A stretch of 63,925 bases of DNA, filler included, from Octopus bimaculoides (taxonomy: Eukaryota): NCBI RefSeq assembly GCF_001194135.2. It is 7 parts of 6 records of this genome, joined end to end, with 100 filler letters (N's around TTAATTAATTAA, not from the genome) between each part and the next. Parts side by side here need not be neighbours in the genome. Positions count along the whole stretch, not along the records: positions 50,699 to 56,986 come from NC_068996.1; positions 57,087 to 60,777 come from NC_068981.1; positions 60,878 to 62,379 come from NW_026425527.1; positions 62,480 to 63,925 come from NC_068981.1; 3 more parts are not named here. The stretch is one strand, 5' to 3'. The notes under the pieces are model-generated. The model saw only the letters and a list, made by a program, of their open reading frames with translations, did not search any database and was not told the origin of the DNA. Each line of letters starts with the position of its first letter. Position 1 is the first letter of the stretch. The translations under genes were made by a program, and so were the position numbers. This document shows, one piece after another, positions 51,820 to 63,109 of the stretch.

Positions 51820-52624
51820 GTGACTTAATTTTCCATACAGTTCATTTGATTTCAGTCTCTAAAATGTCGCACTTTACTTTCAATGCAAAAAAAGACTTTC
51901 ACATGGTCAAACATCTGATTTGTGGTACAAACTCATAAAATATGGGATTCTAGTGAAATGTTTGATTCACTCAGCCATTTTATTACCGTTTTTCCGATAA
52001 CATGATTCAACACTCATTAGACTATGTAATATAATTAATGCTCTAAACCACTGATTCTTAACTAGTAGACTGCTCTGCTCTGATGCATTACCAGGGTGTA
52101 TTTAAGTATGTCAGGGATTTTAAAATAGAATTTTTAGGGTCTCCATCAGTCAGAATTGACAGTACTTCTGCTCATGTATGAATAAGTTAGGGGAAAATAT
52201 TTCTTTTCACCAAGTCAAACAGTTGTTCCTGCATATAAGTCTCTCCTTTTCATGGCACCAATGTTTATCTAAAGGAAAGATTGTTGATTTTGGCCAACAC
52301 AGCTTGGCACCAGTTTGGTTGTAGGCATGGTTGTCAGAATGTAAAGAACCAGAACAATGGCATATAACATTTCAGCCGAAATTCTAACAGTTCAGCCAAT
52401 CTATGACCGGGACTGGAATTTTTATTTTGTTTTTTGTTTTCATTGATTCCTAAAGAATGAAAGACAAAGCTGACTCTGGTGAGATTTGAACTCAAAGCAT
52501 AAAGAGTCAGAACAAATACTGCAAGGCAGGAATATAAAAATCCAAACTAAATCCATGTCTTGAGATCATCGGTATCATCATCATCATCATCATCATCACT
52601 ACCATCATCACCCACTCACAATCA

Positions 52625-52954
52625 TAAATCATACATATACAAATATACATATACATATACACACATACACACATACAGACATACATACATACATACATAC
52701 AGACATACATACATACATACATACATCCATCCATCCATCCATCCATCCATCCATCCATCCATACATACAAACATACATACATACAGACAGACAGACAGAC
52801 ATACATACATAAATGCATACATACATACATACATACATACATACATACAGACGTACATACAGACGTACATACATACATGCATACGTACATACATACGTGC
52901 ATACATACACACATCCATCCATCCATACATACATACATACAAACATACATACAT

Positions 52955-52985
<31 letters not shown>

Positions 52986-53062
52986 TACATACATACATGC
53001 ATACATACATACATACATACAGACGTACATACATACATGCATACGTACATACATACATACAT
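52625..53062. repeat. Compound (CATA)/(CAGA)/(CATC) microsatellite with a higher-order internal duplication
   Basis: The block catacaaacatacatacatacagacagacagac recurs at about 52762 and 52932. Confidence 0.9.
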
Positions 53063-53533
53063 ATTAAAACATGATGCACTGCTTTGGTTCTGTTGATTCC
53101 TGTCAGACTATTCAACCATGCCAGCATGGAACATGTTTGTTGACAATGGTGATGACGATAATAGCAATAATGATGAGAATGATGACAGCAACGACGAGGT
53201 TGATGACGATGATAAGTATTTTCTCAGTTTTTGCCCAGCAAATCTACTCACAAGGCTTCGGCCATCTCATGGCGAAGATTAAAGATACTTGCTCTGGGTA
53301 AACAATAATTTCTATATTTTTTCTCTAAAATTTTTAAACTTGAATTTTTTAAAGCTTTTTATACAAAGTTTATATATGGTCCCAGTCAAAGACATAGAAA
53401 ACCACTGAAGATGGTGATTCTAATATCATGCAACTGGGGGGGGGGATGTAAGAAGTTGGGAGATTGATAGACAGAAGTGATAACTACAGTCATGGGTTCT
53501 GACCTTATTATGACATCTATTGGACAAGGTATA

Positions 53534-53750
53534 CAAGGGGGTGCTGAAAAGTTCCTGGGTTTGGGTAAATGAAAATAGAGGAAGATCAGTTAATTACAAT
53601 TTTATTGAACATATTCCCCTCTCAGATTCACACACTTACTGCAGTGGTTCTTTAATTTTTCTAAGCATTGTAAAAGAACTCAGAAGTTTGGGCCTCCAAC
53701 CAGGCCTTTCGTGATACCCTTAAAACCAGGTACTTTCCAGCACCCCTTCA
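53534..53750. mobile_element. Tc1/mariner-type MITE
   Basis: TIRs caagggggtgctgaaaagttcctgg / ccaggtactttccagcaccccttca, flanked by TA. Confidence 0.8.
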
Positions 53751-53799
53751 TATATCTTATATTTCACAGTCAAATATTTAATACTTCTTGCCTTATTCT

Positions 53800-55480
53800 A
53801 CATGGATATAAAGCCAGTAGATCATTTGCCAACTTTGTAACAAGAAGCCTGTTCCCAAACATCCCACTAAGAAGTCTGCTGGGTTTCTTCTCTCTACAGA
53901 AAAGAATATTCTTGAAAGGTGGAAAGAATACTTTGCTGATCTCTCATCCAATTCCAATAAATCTTCTGGTGGACACAAGGTGAATCTAGGGGTGAAGACC
54001 AATCTGACACAGAGGCTGAAGTCAGGTGATTACAACTCTCAAATGTAGCAAGGTCATTGGGGAAGATGAAATTTGGCCTGAGATGTTAAAAGCCTTCAAC
54101 AGAGAAGCAATTCTATGGTTGATTCATATCAACCAGGTCGCTTAGACCTTTGGGAAGATGCCTGATCTGGGGGGCAATCTGGGATGAGAATCCTAATTCT
54201 TAAAAAGGGAGACTAGAGAGAGCGCTCTAAAAGTGGAATTTATTGTTGAGTTTCTCTAGTAAAGTTTATGCTAGGTGTCTGGAAAAGAGATACAGGGAAA
54301 AAATCAAGTCCAAATTAGCTGAAGAACAGTGTAGCTTTTGTCCTGGATACAGCACAACTGACCAGATATTCACTTTACAGCAGGTGCTTGAGAAATCGTG
54401 GAAATATCTCCAAGAGATGTAGGCCCACTTTCTAAAGCTCAGAAAGGCATTTGACCATGTACCGTGGGACATACTGTGTAAGGTTTTACAAGAGCTTGGA
54501 GCTAATGGGCAACTTCTGGTTGCTGAGAAGTCCCTTTACAAATGCCTAAGTGTTTGTGTTTGTGGAAACAGTGCTATGTCGAGACCTTTCAAGGTAATTG
54601 TTGGACTTCAGCAGGAGTGTGTATTGTTACCTGTCCTTTTCATAATTTTTATGAATTGGATCGACAGACACAACCATTGTGGAAGTGATATCACAATCGG
54701 TGGGTGTAGGACCAGTCAGTTGATATTTGCAGACAACATGGTACTACTTGGCTCATCAGAAGATGATCTCAAGCATGCACTGAATGGGTTTACTGCCAAG
54801 TGCTGCAAAGTAGAAATGAGAATTAATGTTGTGAAGATTGAGACAGTGGTCTTCTCAGGGAAAGTCTCCTCAGTGCACTCTGCATGTTAATGTAACATCT
54901 TTGAGACAAATGGAGAAGTTTAAGGCTCTCATGGTCGTATTCTTAAGTGATGGAGAGCAGGAGGTTGAATTAGATTCTAGAATTGCAGGTATTGGCACAG
55001 GAAGGCAGCAGCTCCACCATTCCATTCATTCCTCAGAAGAAAAATGGTTGGTAAAAAAAAGCCAAACTCATCTTCAACTTGGTTTTTGTGCCTATCCTCA
55101 CCTATGGACATGATTGTTGGGTAATCACTGAAAGAGCACGATCATGAATTCAAGTGACCAAAATGGGAAGTGGGGGGAGGTTTGAGAGGATCTCTAAGAG
55201 TAATGTTTCTCAACAGGGTATGTAACTTGGAAATCAATGAGTCTCTCCAGGTTGAAACCACTATAATACATTGAAGGACTACAGCTTTGATACGATTAGA
55301 AAAATTGCAAGACAAATTCTTTCAGCTGAGCCAAATAGCAAGAAACTTAAGGGTAAACCAAGATTGAGACAGTTGGATAATATCTAGTTTCAGTTAGTGA
55401 TGCTTAGAAATCCTGCAAGAAAGTTTAATGACAGTTGTCTCTTTGGAGGATGTGCCTGTGAACTCTGCTCATCCAGGAAT
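53800..55480 (+). mobile_element. RTE-clade LINE, RT to 3' end, pseudogenised
   Basis: GEDEIWPEMLKA, EEQCSFCPGYSTTDQIFTLQQ, KAFDHVP, GLQQECVLLPVLF, LIFADNMVLL; frameshifts. Confidence 0.88.
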
Positions 55481-55621
55481 CATGGACAGAGAAAACAGAT
55501 TTAAAAGTGAACGACAGTAACAACATAAAAAAGAGAAAGAAGAAAAAGCAGCAAAACATATAAAATATATGAAAACTATAGAATTTGTGAGTAAAGGAAG
55601 GATTAGAAAAAAGAAACAAAC

Positions 55622-56308
55622 CTGTCTACCATCTAATGTGAAAATTTTCCTGACAGAGCCACTGTCTAGATGAATAGCATTGGTTATGTCACTTAAGACC
55701 TGTTGAAAGGAATGTGCTGTTTTCCTGTTAAGCAAAACTCTCACAGCTTTCCGTGGCTTGCATCCGTTGCGAATAATAGTCACTAGTTTTGGTTTGACAA
55801 ACTCTCTACTGTCTTCAATGCCACATGACGGTGCCTGATTACTCACGTATTCTCCGCCAAGAGGACCTTTTACATTTGGATTCCAACAAAGATTGATGAT
55901 ACCTTTGTAATCAATGTTCCTAAAAACGTCGAAGCTCGAACATACATAATGTTCATCTTCCATGAGTTGTTCCAGTGTCGTTATCATTGAGCCATCCAAC
56001 GCAAATATGTATCTGACACCTTTAGTAAGGATATTGGTATCACAAAGTGGACTGTATGTTAACTCTTCTAGGAGAGAATTGAAACTTCTAAATTTTTCAC
56101 AGTTGATGGCCATGACGTAACCTTTGTAGAATCGGTCACCATTTCTATAGAATCTTACTTTTCGGGCTTTGCCAGAGTCTGCTAGCTTCCGAATGCTGTG
56201 TCTGGTAAGACTACCATGGGCACTGTTGGTTGGACTGATTTTTCCGGAACGAAATCCATTCTTTGCTATTTTTTTCCTGTCATCAAAATGGTCACCTGCA
56301 TCAGCAAA
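55622..56308 (-). CDS. DCLK: Internal coding exon (229 codons, phase 0-0) of a doublecortin / doublecortin-like kinase family gene: leader, N-DCX and most of C-DCX
   Basis: Extending ORF 55469..56113 upstream in frame gives FADAGDHFDDRKKIAKNGFRSGKISPTNSAHGSLTRHSIRKLADSGKARKVRFYRNGDRFYKGYVMAINCEKFRSF...KPKLVTIIRNGCKPRKAVRVLLNRKTAHSFQQVL...FTLDGRQ. This is colinear with vertebrate DCX/DCLK1 (GHFDER, SPTHSAH, KAKKVRFYRNGD, RPKLVTIIR, KPRKAVRVLLNKKTAHSF, TLDGKQ). Acceptor ttttcttcaacAG at 56310-56309; donor CAG|GTTTGT at 55621-55620. No kinase domain is visible, so DCX versus DCLK is not resolved. Confidence 0.93.
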
Positions 56309-56334
56309 CTGTTGAAGAAAATAATAATAATAAT

Positions 56335-56403
<69 letters not shown>

Positions 56404-56404
56404 A

Positions 56405-56640
56405 ATAGTATGCAAACAGTAAAAGTCATGCCTATTGGTGCATTGAGAACAATAAGCCAAGATATAGACAAATGTCTGAAGGAGATTGAAATCAAATGCC
56501 TGGTAGAGCTCCTACAGAAAGTTTGTCTCTCAGAGACAACAAGGAGGATTCTAAGCACTTGAAAGGTACCTTAGGTTACAGGTCTTAACCTGCTGTCCAC
56601 ATAATTTCTACCAGGAATAACTCTAAATGTGAGCCAAACC
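56405..56640 (+). mobile_element. R4/Dong-type 3' terminal fragment between (TAA)/(GAT) tracts
   Basis: VMPIGALRTIS...VELLQKVCLSETTRRIL, then a short UTR and (TAA)n at 56641-56702. Confidence 0.75.
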
Positions 56641-56700
<60 letters not shown>

Positions 56701-56702
<2 letters not shown>

Positions 56703-56986
56703 CATCTCATTTACATGGATGATTTAAAGCTCTTTGCAAAAAATGACCAACAACTCAAAGGCCTACTAGCGATTGTTAAACAATTCAGTGATGACATCAG
56801 GATGCAATTTGGCCTTGATAAATGTGCAAAAGCTACCTTTATCAAAGGAAAAATGACAAATACATCTAATGTCAACCTTGACCAGCAAAATGTCATAAAA
56901 GAGTTAGAACCAGCGGAGAGCTACAAATACCTAGGGGTAATTGAAGGGGACAATATCAAGCACTCAGTGATGAGGGAAAGGATCAG
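56701..56986 (+). mobile_element. R4/Dong-type RT fragment (truncated by gap)
   Basis: FYMDDLKLFAK...FGLDKCAK...SYKYLGV. Confidence 0.85.
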
Positions 56987-57244
56987 NNNNNNNNNNNNNN
57001 NNNNNNNNNNNNNNNNNNNNNNNNNNNNNNTTAATTAATTAANNNNNNNNNNNNNNNNNNNNNNNNNNNNNNNNNNNNNNNNNNNNTATATATATATTTA
57101 TATATGTATGTATGTATGGGCATTTACATGAGTAATGATGCATCCTTCCATGTGCACGTTGCTAAATTGGGAATGAAATGCAGGCGGCTGGCCGGATGGG
57201 TTCTTAGAACTTTTTGAACAAGAGATCAGGGAAGTATAATTGTC

Positions 57245-57880
57245 CTCTCGAGGACACTTGTCCTAAGCTATTTTGACTATTGCTCGCAGCTACGATCACC
57301 AACCAGTGTCAAACTAATATCAGAACTTGAGGCAGTTCAACGAAGCTACACGAAGAAGATAGCCTCTATACACCATATAATCTACTGTGAAAGACTGAAG
57401 AGATTACGACTCTATTCCTTAGAACGTAGGTGAGAAAGATATGTCATAATATACATCTAGAAGATCCTGGAGGGACTTGTCCCAAACTTTGGCATCGGGA
57501 GTTACACAAATACTAGAACTGGGTGTCACGGCATAGTGCCAAGGACTCGAAATTTGCGATCAAGTTATAGGACAAGATACTACTAGAGCCTGGGTTTCAG
57601 AGGACCACAGCTCTTCAATACCCTCCCGAAGGACCTGAGAGAAGTGCATAGGGTGGACGTAGGTGTCTTCAAAAGAGAGCTGGACCTCTTACTGTCAAGT
57701 GTCCAAGATGAACCAACTTCGCGACAGGAAGTGCAGATGAGGGCAGCGGCATCAAACTCCATCATGCACCAAATGTCAATTCATAAAAAGTATTCGTGAA
57801 GTAAAATTATGTAGCAACACCAAATGGTGCACCAACATGTCCACAACTCATGAGATGAAACTAGATCACATCAAGTCAAT
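57245..57880 (+). mobile_element. CR1-type LINE 3' fragment
   Basis: FDYCSQL...ELEAVQRSYTKKI...ERLKRLRLYSLERR...GPQLFNTLPKDLR...FKRELD. Confidence 0.85.
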
Positions 57881-58143
57881 AATCAAATCATATGTATATT
57901 TGTGGGGGCATTATCGTTCTCATAACATTTATATATATTTGTTGTGAAGGATAATAATTAGAAAACAAGTGCTTAATATTTATTTCCATATATATAATGG
58001 CGTGTGTGTATGTGAGTGTGTGTGCGTTCGTGCGCGTGTTTCAGGGAGTGAGAGAGAGAGAAAATGATAACGTAGATATAATTTAGGCCAAAATTTCGGA
58101 GATTATCAGCCTCTGTGAAGCAATGCATGTATGCTGTTGCCTA

Positions 58144-58192
58144 CTTTAGTATACCTCACTGCTTTAGTATACCTCACTGCTTTAGCTTACCT
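58144..58192. repeat. 18-bp tandem repeat (2.7 units)
   Basis: ctttagtatacctcactg twice, plus ctttagcttacct. Confidence 0.9.
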
Positions 58193-58269
58193 TCTTCCGC
58201 TACAGGTTTACCGCCACGGCAGACTTTCCGTTTTATTATATAAAATATAGAGAGGAATTTTAGTTTCAT
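58191..58269 (-). CDS. Candidate first coding exon A of the DCX/DCLK gene (MKLKFLSIFYIIKRKVCRGGKPVAEE-G)
   Basis: ATG at 58269, open for 26 codons plus 1 nt, then a strong donor AAG|GTAAGC (58190). Phase 1 fits the second acceptor of the DCX exon (tgcAG|GT at 56296/56295), giving ...EEGDHFDDR. No homology support. Confidence 0.25.
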
Positions 58270-59752
58270 GCCGTTACGCTTGTGTATAAAAACTTCTAAA
58301 CTTAATTTTGTTATTGTTGTTTAATCTTTTTTCATCTCTTACGTTACACCTTCATGAAGAGTATCTTTTATAAACGTCAATATCTTCGTTTCATAACCTT
58401 CCCAAACACAATTAGATACACGTTGTGCGAATGTTTCTCATCACTGCATCGTTTTGCTTTTGTTTTTGATTTTTGTTTATGAAACACTTTTGCTCCCGTT
58501 TTTTACTGGACAATACTTTACATAGTGATGCTTTCCAACCTAGGACAGAAATGGGTTTCTGACTATTGTAAAATATTTTACGCATTTTTCTGTCATGAGC
58601 TCTGGTAACATTAACCTTTATAGCTACAACGATTTATATTTATAGATACCTAATTAGAAAATTGAACTATTATTTTATCATTATTTCGGTGATAAATTAC
58701 TTGTAAATGGATGATCGATTAACACGTCACACTTCATTTATATAAACATACTGAAGATTCAGACGTTATTACACTTATGTGAAAGATGAAATTTTGGGGA
58801 AATATATGAACAAGTTTATTACAAATTTGAATATAACGTTTAATTTTAGTGATATCTCAAAGTACGTCATATATATCTTTGTTCGGCATAGTGAGGATTC
58901 CTTCAAATGTTACGTATAACACGTCGAATGAAATTATACAAATTAATTAATTTTATTTTTCAATGAACGGATACAGTTTTTGAGATGTGATGCCAAATAT
59001 CTTTGTGCCTTTAAAAGTTTTTCTTTCTTTCAATAATCTGCTTACTTTAAAATGCCCTTAAAAAACATTCCCTTTCTATTATTGGCCAGATTTCATAAGC
59101 ACCAAACTTGATTTTTAAATAAGTTTTCTTAACTTCCTTTCTGTCTTAACTTCCGTTTTTGTCCTCAAATAATAGGGAAGAAAAGAAAAGATAGTAGTAC
59201 TAATAATGCGAAGTATAAGAATATAAACATTTAGTTACTTTCGATTTGATTCGTAAATTTCTCGACTTGGCTAATATTTTCTTTCAATTCACCTTTCACC
59301 CATGAACAGTATTCGAACAAGTGGAGATATCGGTCACTATGTGTATTAATAGATGGTGCTAATTATTTTTGCAGTATTCAACATATTCATGATTGAAAAG
59401 TTGATGTATTTTGCTATTACGAATCATAGTCATAAACAACTAAATGATCTATATTTATATATGCATATGTATATATATATGTACGTATATATGTAAGTAA
59501 TATGNNNNNNNNNNNNNNNNNNNNNNNNNNNNNNNNNNNNNNNNNNNNNNNNNNNNNNNNNNNNNNNNNNNNNNNNNNNNNNNNNNNNNNNNNNNNNNNN
59601 NNNNNNNNNNNNNNNNNNNNNNNNNNNNNNNNNNNNNNNNNNNNNNNNNNNNNNNNNNNNNNNNNNNNNNNNNNNNNNNNNNNNNNNNNNNNNNNNNNNN
59701 NNNNNNNNNNNNNNNNNNNNNNNNNNNNNNNNNNNNNNNNNNNNNNNNNNNN

Positions 59753-59800
<48 letters not shown>

Positions 59801-61229
59801 TGTATTCTTACAGTGATAACCCACTTACATAGGTCCGCATATGTACTTATGAGACATACATAAATGTAGCATATAGCTACAGGGAATACATGGCATATTA
59901 CTTTGCAGTCAACACATCTGAAATATAGTCAGTGCGAGTTCACTCATGTACAAATCCTAAATCTGCTAACTGCATTCACAAGTATCGCCGATGTACATGT
60001 ATTTTATGCACGTGGTATCTGGGCTCAGAAGCATCATCTCAACATGTCAACGCAGATCTTTTTTTCCATTAAACTGATTTTGCTACGCATAAATTTCCAT
60101 CTATATTCTAATAGATCGACGCGTGTGCGTTATCCTTCTTGCAGATTTATATTGCTTACAATATTGTTTTACTTCTATCTAAAAAATATTTTTGTTTACA
60201 AGTGTCCGCTTCATATCAAAATTTGAGGTTTAGGGAAAGATCTGTGCTATTGACCTCATATTGTGTTATTGTGTTATTGTATTATTGACCGCATTGCAAT
60301 ATCAGAGGAGAGAAGAGAGAAATTTTGTTCATAAATAAGAATTGAAGTCGGAACATTACTTATTGTTTGATTATTTTAATTCGGAAATACTGCAGAAAAG
60401 ACTAGAAAATATTCAAATAAAATCAAACGATTTGGATTCCTAAAACTGCAAGTTAGCTCATGCTGGTAAATGCAGTCTTCCATTCGTCACTACATAAATA
60501 CATACGTATATTTATCTATCAATTCATCTGTCTATCTATCTGTCTAACTATCTTTGTACCTATCTACATCTCTCTCTCTTTATAATATAATATAGGATAC
60601 ATTCTTTATAAGAATTTATCAAGTAGTCAGCGTGAAAAAACCTCATAATGAAAAAATAACGAAACATTTCGTAATGAAAAGATTCATCGTTTCTCCATAG
60701 ATATATTTAAATATATATAAAAAGGGCATTAACTGTGTATTAATACGTCACGCTATCGAGGGACTAAATCAGTAAAANNNNNNNNNNNNNNNNNNNNNNN
60801 NNNNNNNNNNNNNNNNNNNNNTTAATTAATTAANNNNNNNNNNNNNNNNNNNNNNNNNNNNNNNNNNNNNNNNNNNNAAATTGTTTCTTATTTAATGTCG
60901 ACTTTTGAATCCTCCAGAAATAACAAGTGCTTCGTGGTCGGTAAAATATTTCACGTAGGAAAAACAAAGACGTTCTCAAAAACCATATTCATTTTATTAC
61001 AATTCCATTGAACTTCTATCGTTTGATTTATCAGATATTATAGACATAAGGAAACTGAAACAGCCTTCAAAAGGAGCAGCATATTAAAAAATATTCTCAA
61101 GTTAACAATGGATCTATTGGGAAATATCGACAATTAAAGTGTTGAAAACATTGAATAGAAAAGCCTCGTGGGAAGAAATAATGTCCTTGGGCATTTAGGG
61201 TAGAATAATAACCGAATAGTTTCAAGAAT

Positions 61230-61960
61230 GTTTTCACATCAGAGCAAATTTCACTTACCTGTATCTCATCTTCTTCTTCGATCTTTGTCTCATTCTGTGC
61301 ATCTGGCACATTTAGATGTCTTCGTGAGTTTAAGAGTCGATGGTTCTACAATCTGTCGACGAGAAACAATTTTACAACATTCAAAAGCAAGCTTTAGAGT
61401 TTCATTATTTAAAGGGACAACAGCTTGGGTCACAAAGTTCGCTATCTCTTGATAAGAAGGTCTTTCGCGANNNNNNNNNNCCCTTTATTTGTATCCTCCT
61501 TTTTGCCATTTGAAAACCAATTCTCCCAAGGACCAAGAATTGATACGTCTCATGGCTCCAAGATGTTGTTTTAGGAGGGATAAGTTTGAGGATTGTAATT
61601 CCTACGTTTGAACACTTCTAGGAGCTCTTTTTTTTTCTTGTTCACTGAATATTGAGCCTGGAATAGTTGTGCTGTTCTATCTGAGCTCACGATCATATGT
61701 GATCGATCCCCGGTTGGAGACTGTTCAGTAAATATTCTTTGGGACCTTGATTTTAGGCACGTTCTTCGATCCTTGTTGTTTTCAACACATTTCCTGCAGC
61801 ATTAACAGACAACACAGCAATAAAACGAGCTTTGGTAACACCAGAGTGGCCGGCATTTACATTGTTATTGCCAACAAAGTCCCATGGTGGTAATCAATCA
61901 ATGGATGTTCCAATCCTCCTCCGACGACGACGACGAAAGAGGGGGAAATGTTGATCAGAG
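61230..61960 (-). pseudogene. Degenerate pogo-like (DDE_1-type) transposase
   Basis: Ordered minus-strand blocks GHSGVTKARFIAVLSVNAAG, VPKIKVPKNI, LIPPKTTS/LEP*DVSILGP, RPSYQEIANFVTQA...ETLKLAFECCKI and an acidic tail. These match pogo-family motifs; stops and frameshifts are present. Confidence 0.65.
61259..61345 (-). CDS. Candidate 87-nt phase 0-0 exon B (NHRLLNSRRHLNVPDAQNETKIEEEDEIQ), lying in the tail of a pogo-like remnant
   Basis: Perfect donor CAG|GTAAGT at 61258; weak acceptor ttgtAG at 61347-61346; in frame with the first DCX acceptor at 56308. The ORF-track 'M' at 61309 is GTG. Confidence 0.15.
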
Positions 61961-62669
61961 CAAATGAACGTCGGAACAGAAGGCAAACAAGAACACTAAC
62001 TCTGTTTCAACTTTTAACCGGCAATTAACCACCTATCCAAATAGATGCCCGTGGGCAATGTAAGGGAGGGGCGGATTTCTGGAAAACCCCGGTATTTGTG
62101 AGCAGGGGAGTGATCCCCTACCGCCATCTTGCGATGGGACCAGTAGACCAGCTGGTTTTGAGGCTATTTTCAGCTTATCTTCAGTACTGGACACCTCTTG
62201 TCTGCTAGAGATGGCAGGAACTGACTTCTGCTCCCAATATATATAAATTCAAGTGACAATTAGCTAAAAATCTAATTCTAAAATCTCTGCAAGAAATGAA
62301 TGCAATTGCTGTACTGGCAAGTAATGTTTGTTGCGTTCATCTCTTACAGAGATTTTAGAACAAGCTTATTTGTATACACNNNNNNNNNNNNNNNNNNNNN
62401 NNNNNNNNNNNNNNNNNNNNNNNTTAATTAATTAANNNNNNNNNNNNNNNNNNNNNNNNNNNNNNNNNNNNNNNNNNNNTATATATATATATATATATAT
62501 ATATCTCGAGTATAACCAACCAAAATTGCAAAGATAATCTGGAACTCGACTGAGGAAAGAAAACTCCGAATGACCCGTCCTTCTTTTCCTTGTATCGTCT
62601 GTCTGGATGTTTTGTTGTCCCTTTCTTGTATCACTTGTCTGGATGTTTTGCGTTCTTGTCCCATTTTGT

Positions 62670-62800
62670 ATTATGTATTACAAGTATGGGACAAATTACC
62701 AAAAGAAGTCTAACCCATCTTCAGTTGCCGACTTTCAATTACTACCTATTTGCAGCTGTCGACTACAAAATAGGAAAACTTCATAAACAGCAGCTTCCAG
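62670..62800 (+). mobile_element. Possible CR1/L2-type 3' scrap
   Basis: VWDKLPKEV resembles LWNxLPxEV; short. Confidence 0.35.
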
Positions 62801-62924
62801 AAATTTTGAAAATATAAAGTCTCTGGAGAGTTAGAGCTTCGAACGAACAAACAACGACAAGATGGACGTATAGAGTAAACAATTGACGAAGATAAACATT
62901 TAGGGCCTTTAGGTTAAGACACAT

Positions 62925-63078
62925 ACGACGGGCTTCTTTCATTTTCTGTCTTCCAAATCCACTCGCAAGGCTTCGGTTGGCCTGAGCCCATAGTAGAAGA
63001 CACTTGCCCAAGGTGCCACGCAGTGGGACTGAACCCGGAACCATGTGGTTGGGAGGCAAGCTTCTTACCACACAGCCA
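62925..63078 (-). mobile_element. SINE family D
   Basis: Reverse complement of 22778-22945. Confidence 0.75.
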
Positions 63079-63109
63079 ATCCTTCGCCTAGCCCAAGCAG
63101 ATTCATGTG

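Noticed and set aside
55469-55621. C-terminal 50 aa of the DCX ORF (VCFFFLILPLL...)
   Set aside because: Read-through past the GT donor into a pyrimidine-rich intron; homology stops at DGRQ.
61097-61309. ORF MPDAQNETK... as a standalone gene
   Set aside because: Starts with GTG, lies in a transposase remnant, and after the GTAAGT site reads as non-coding.
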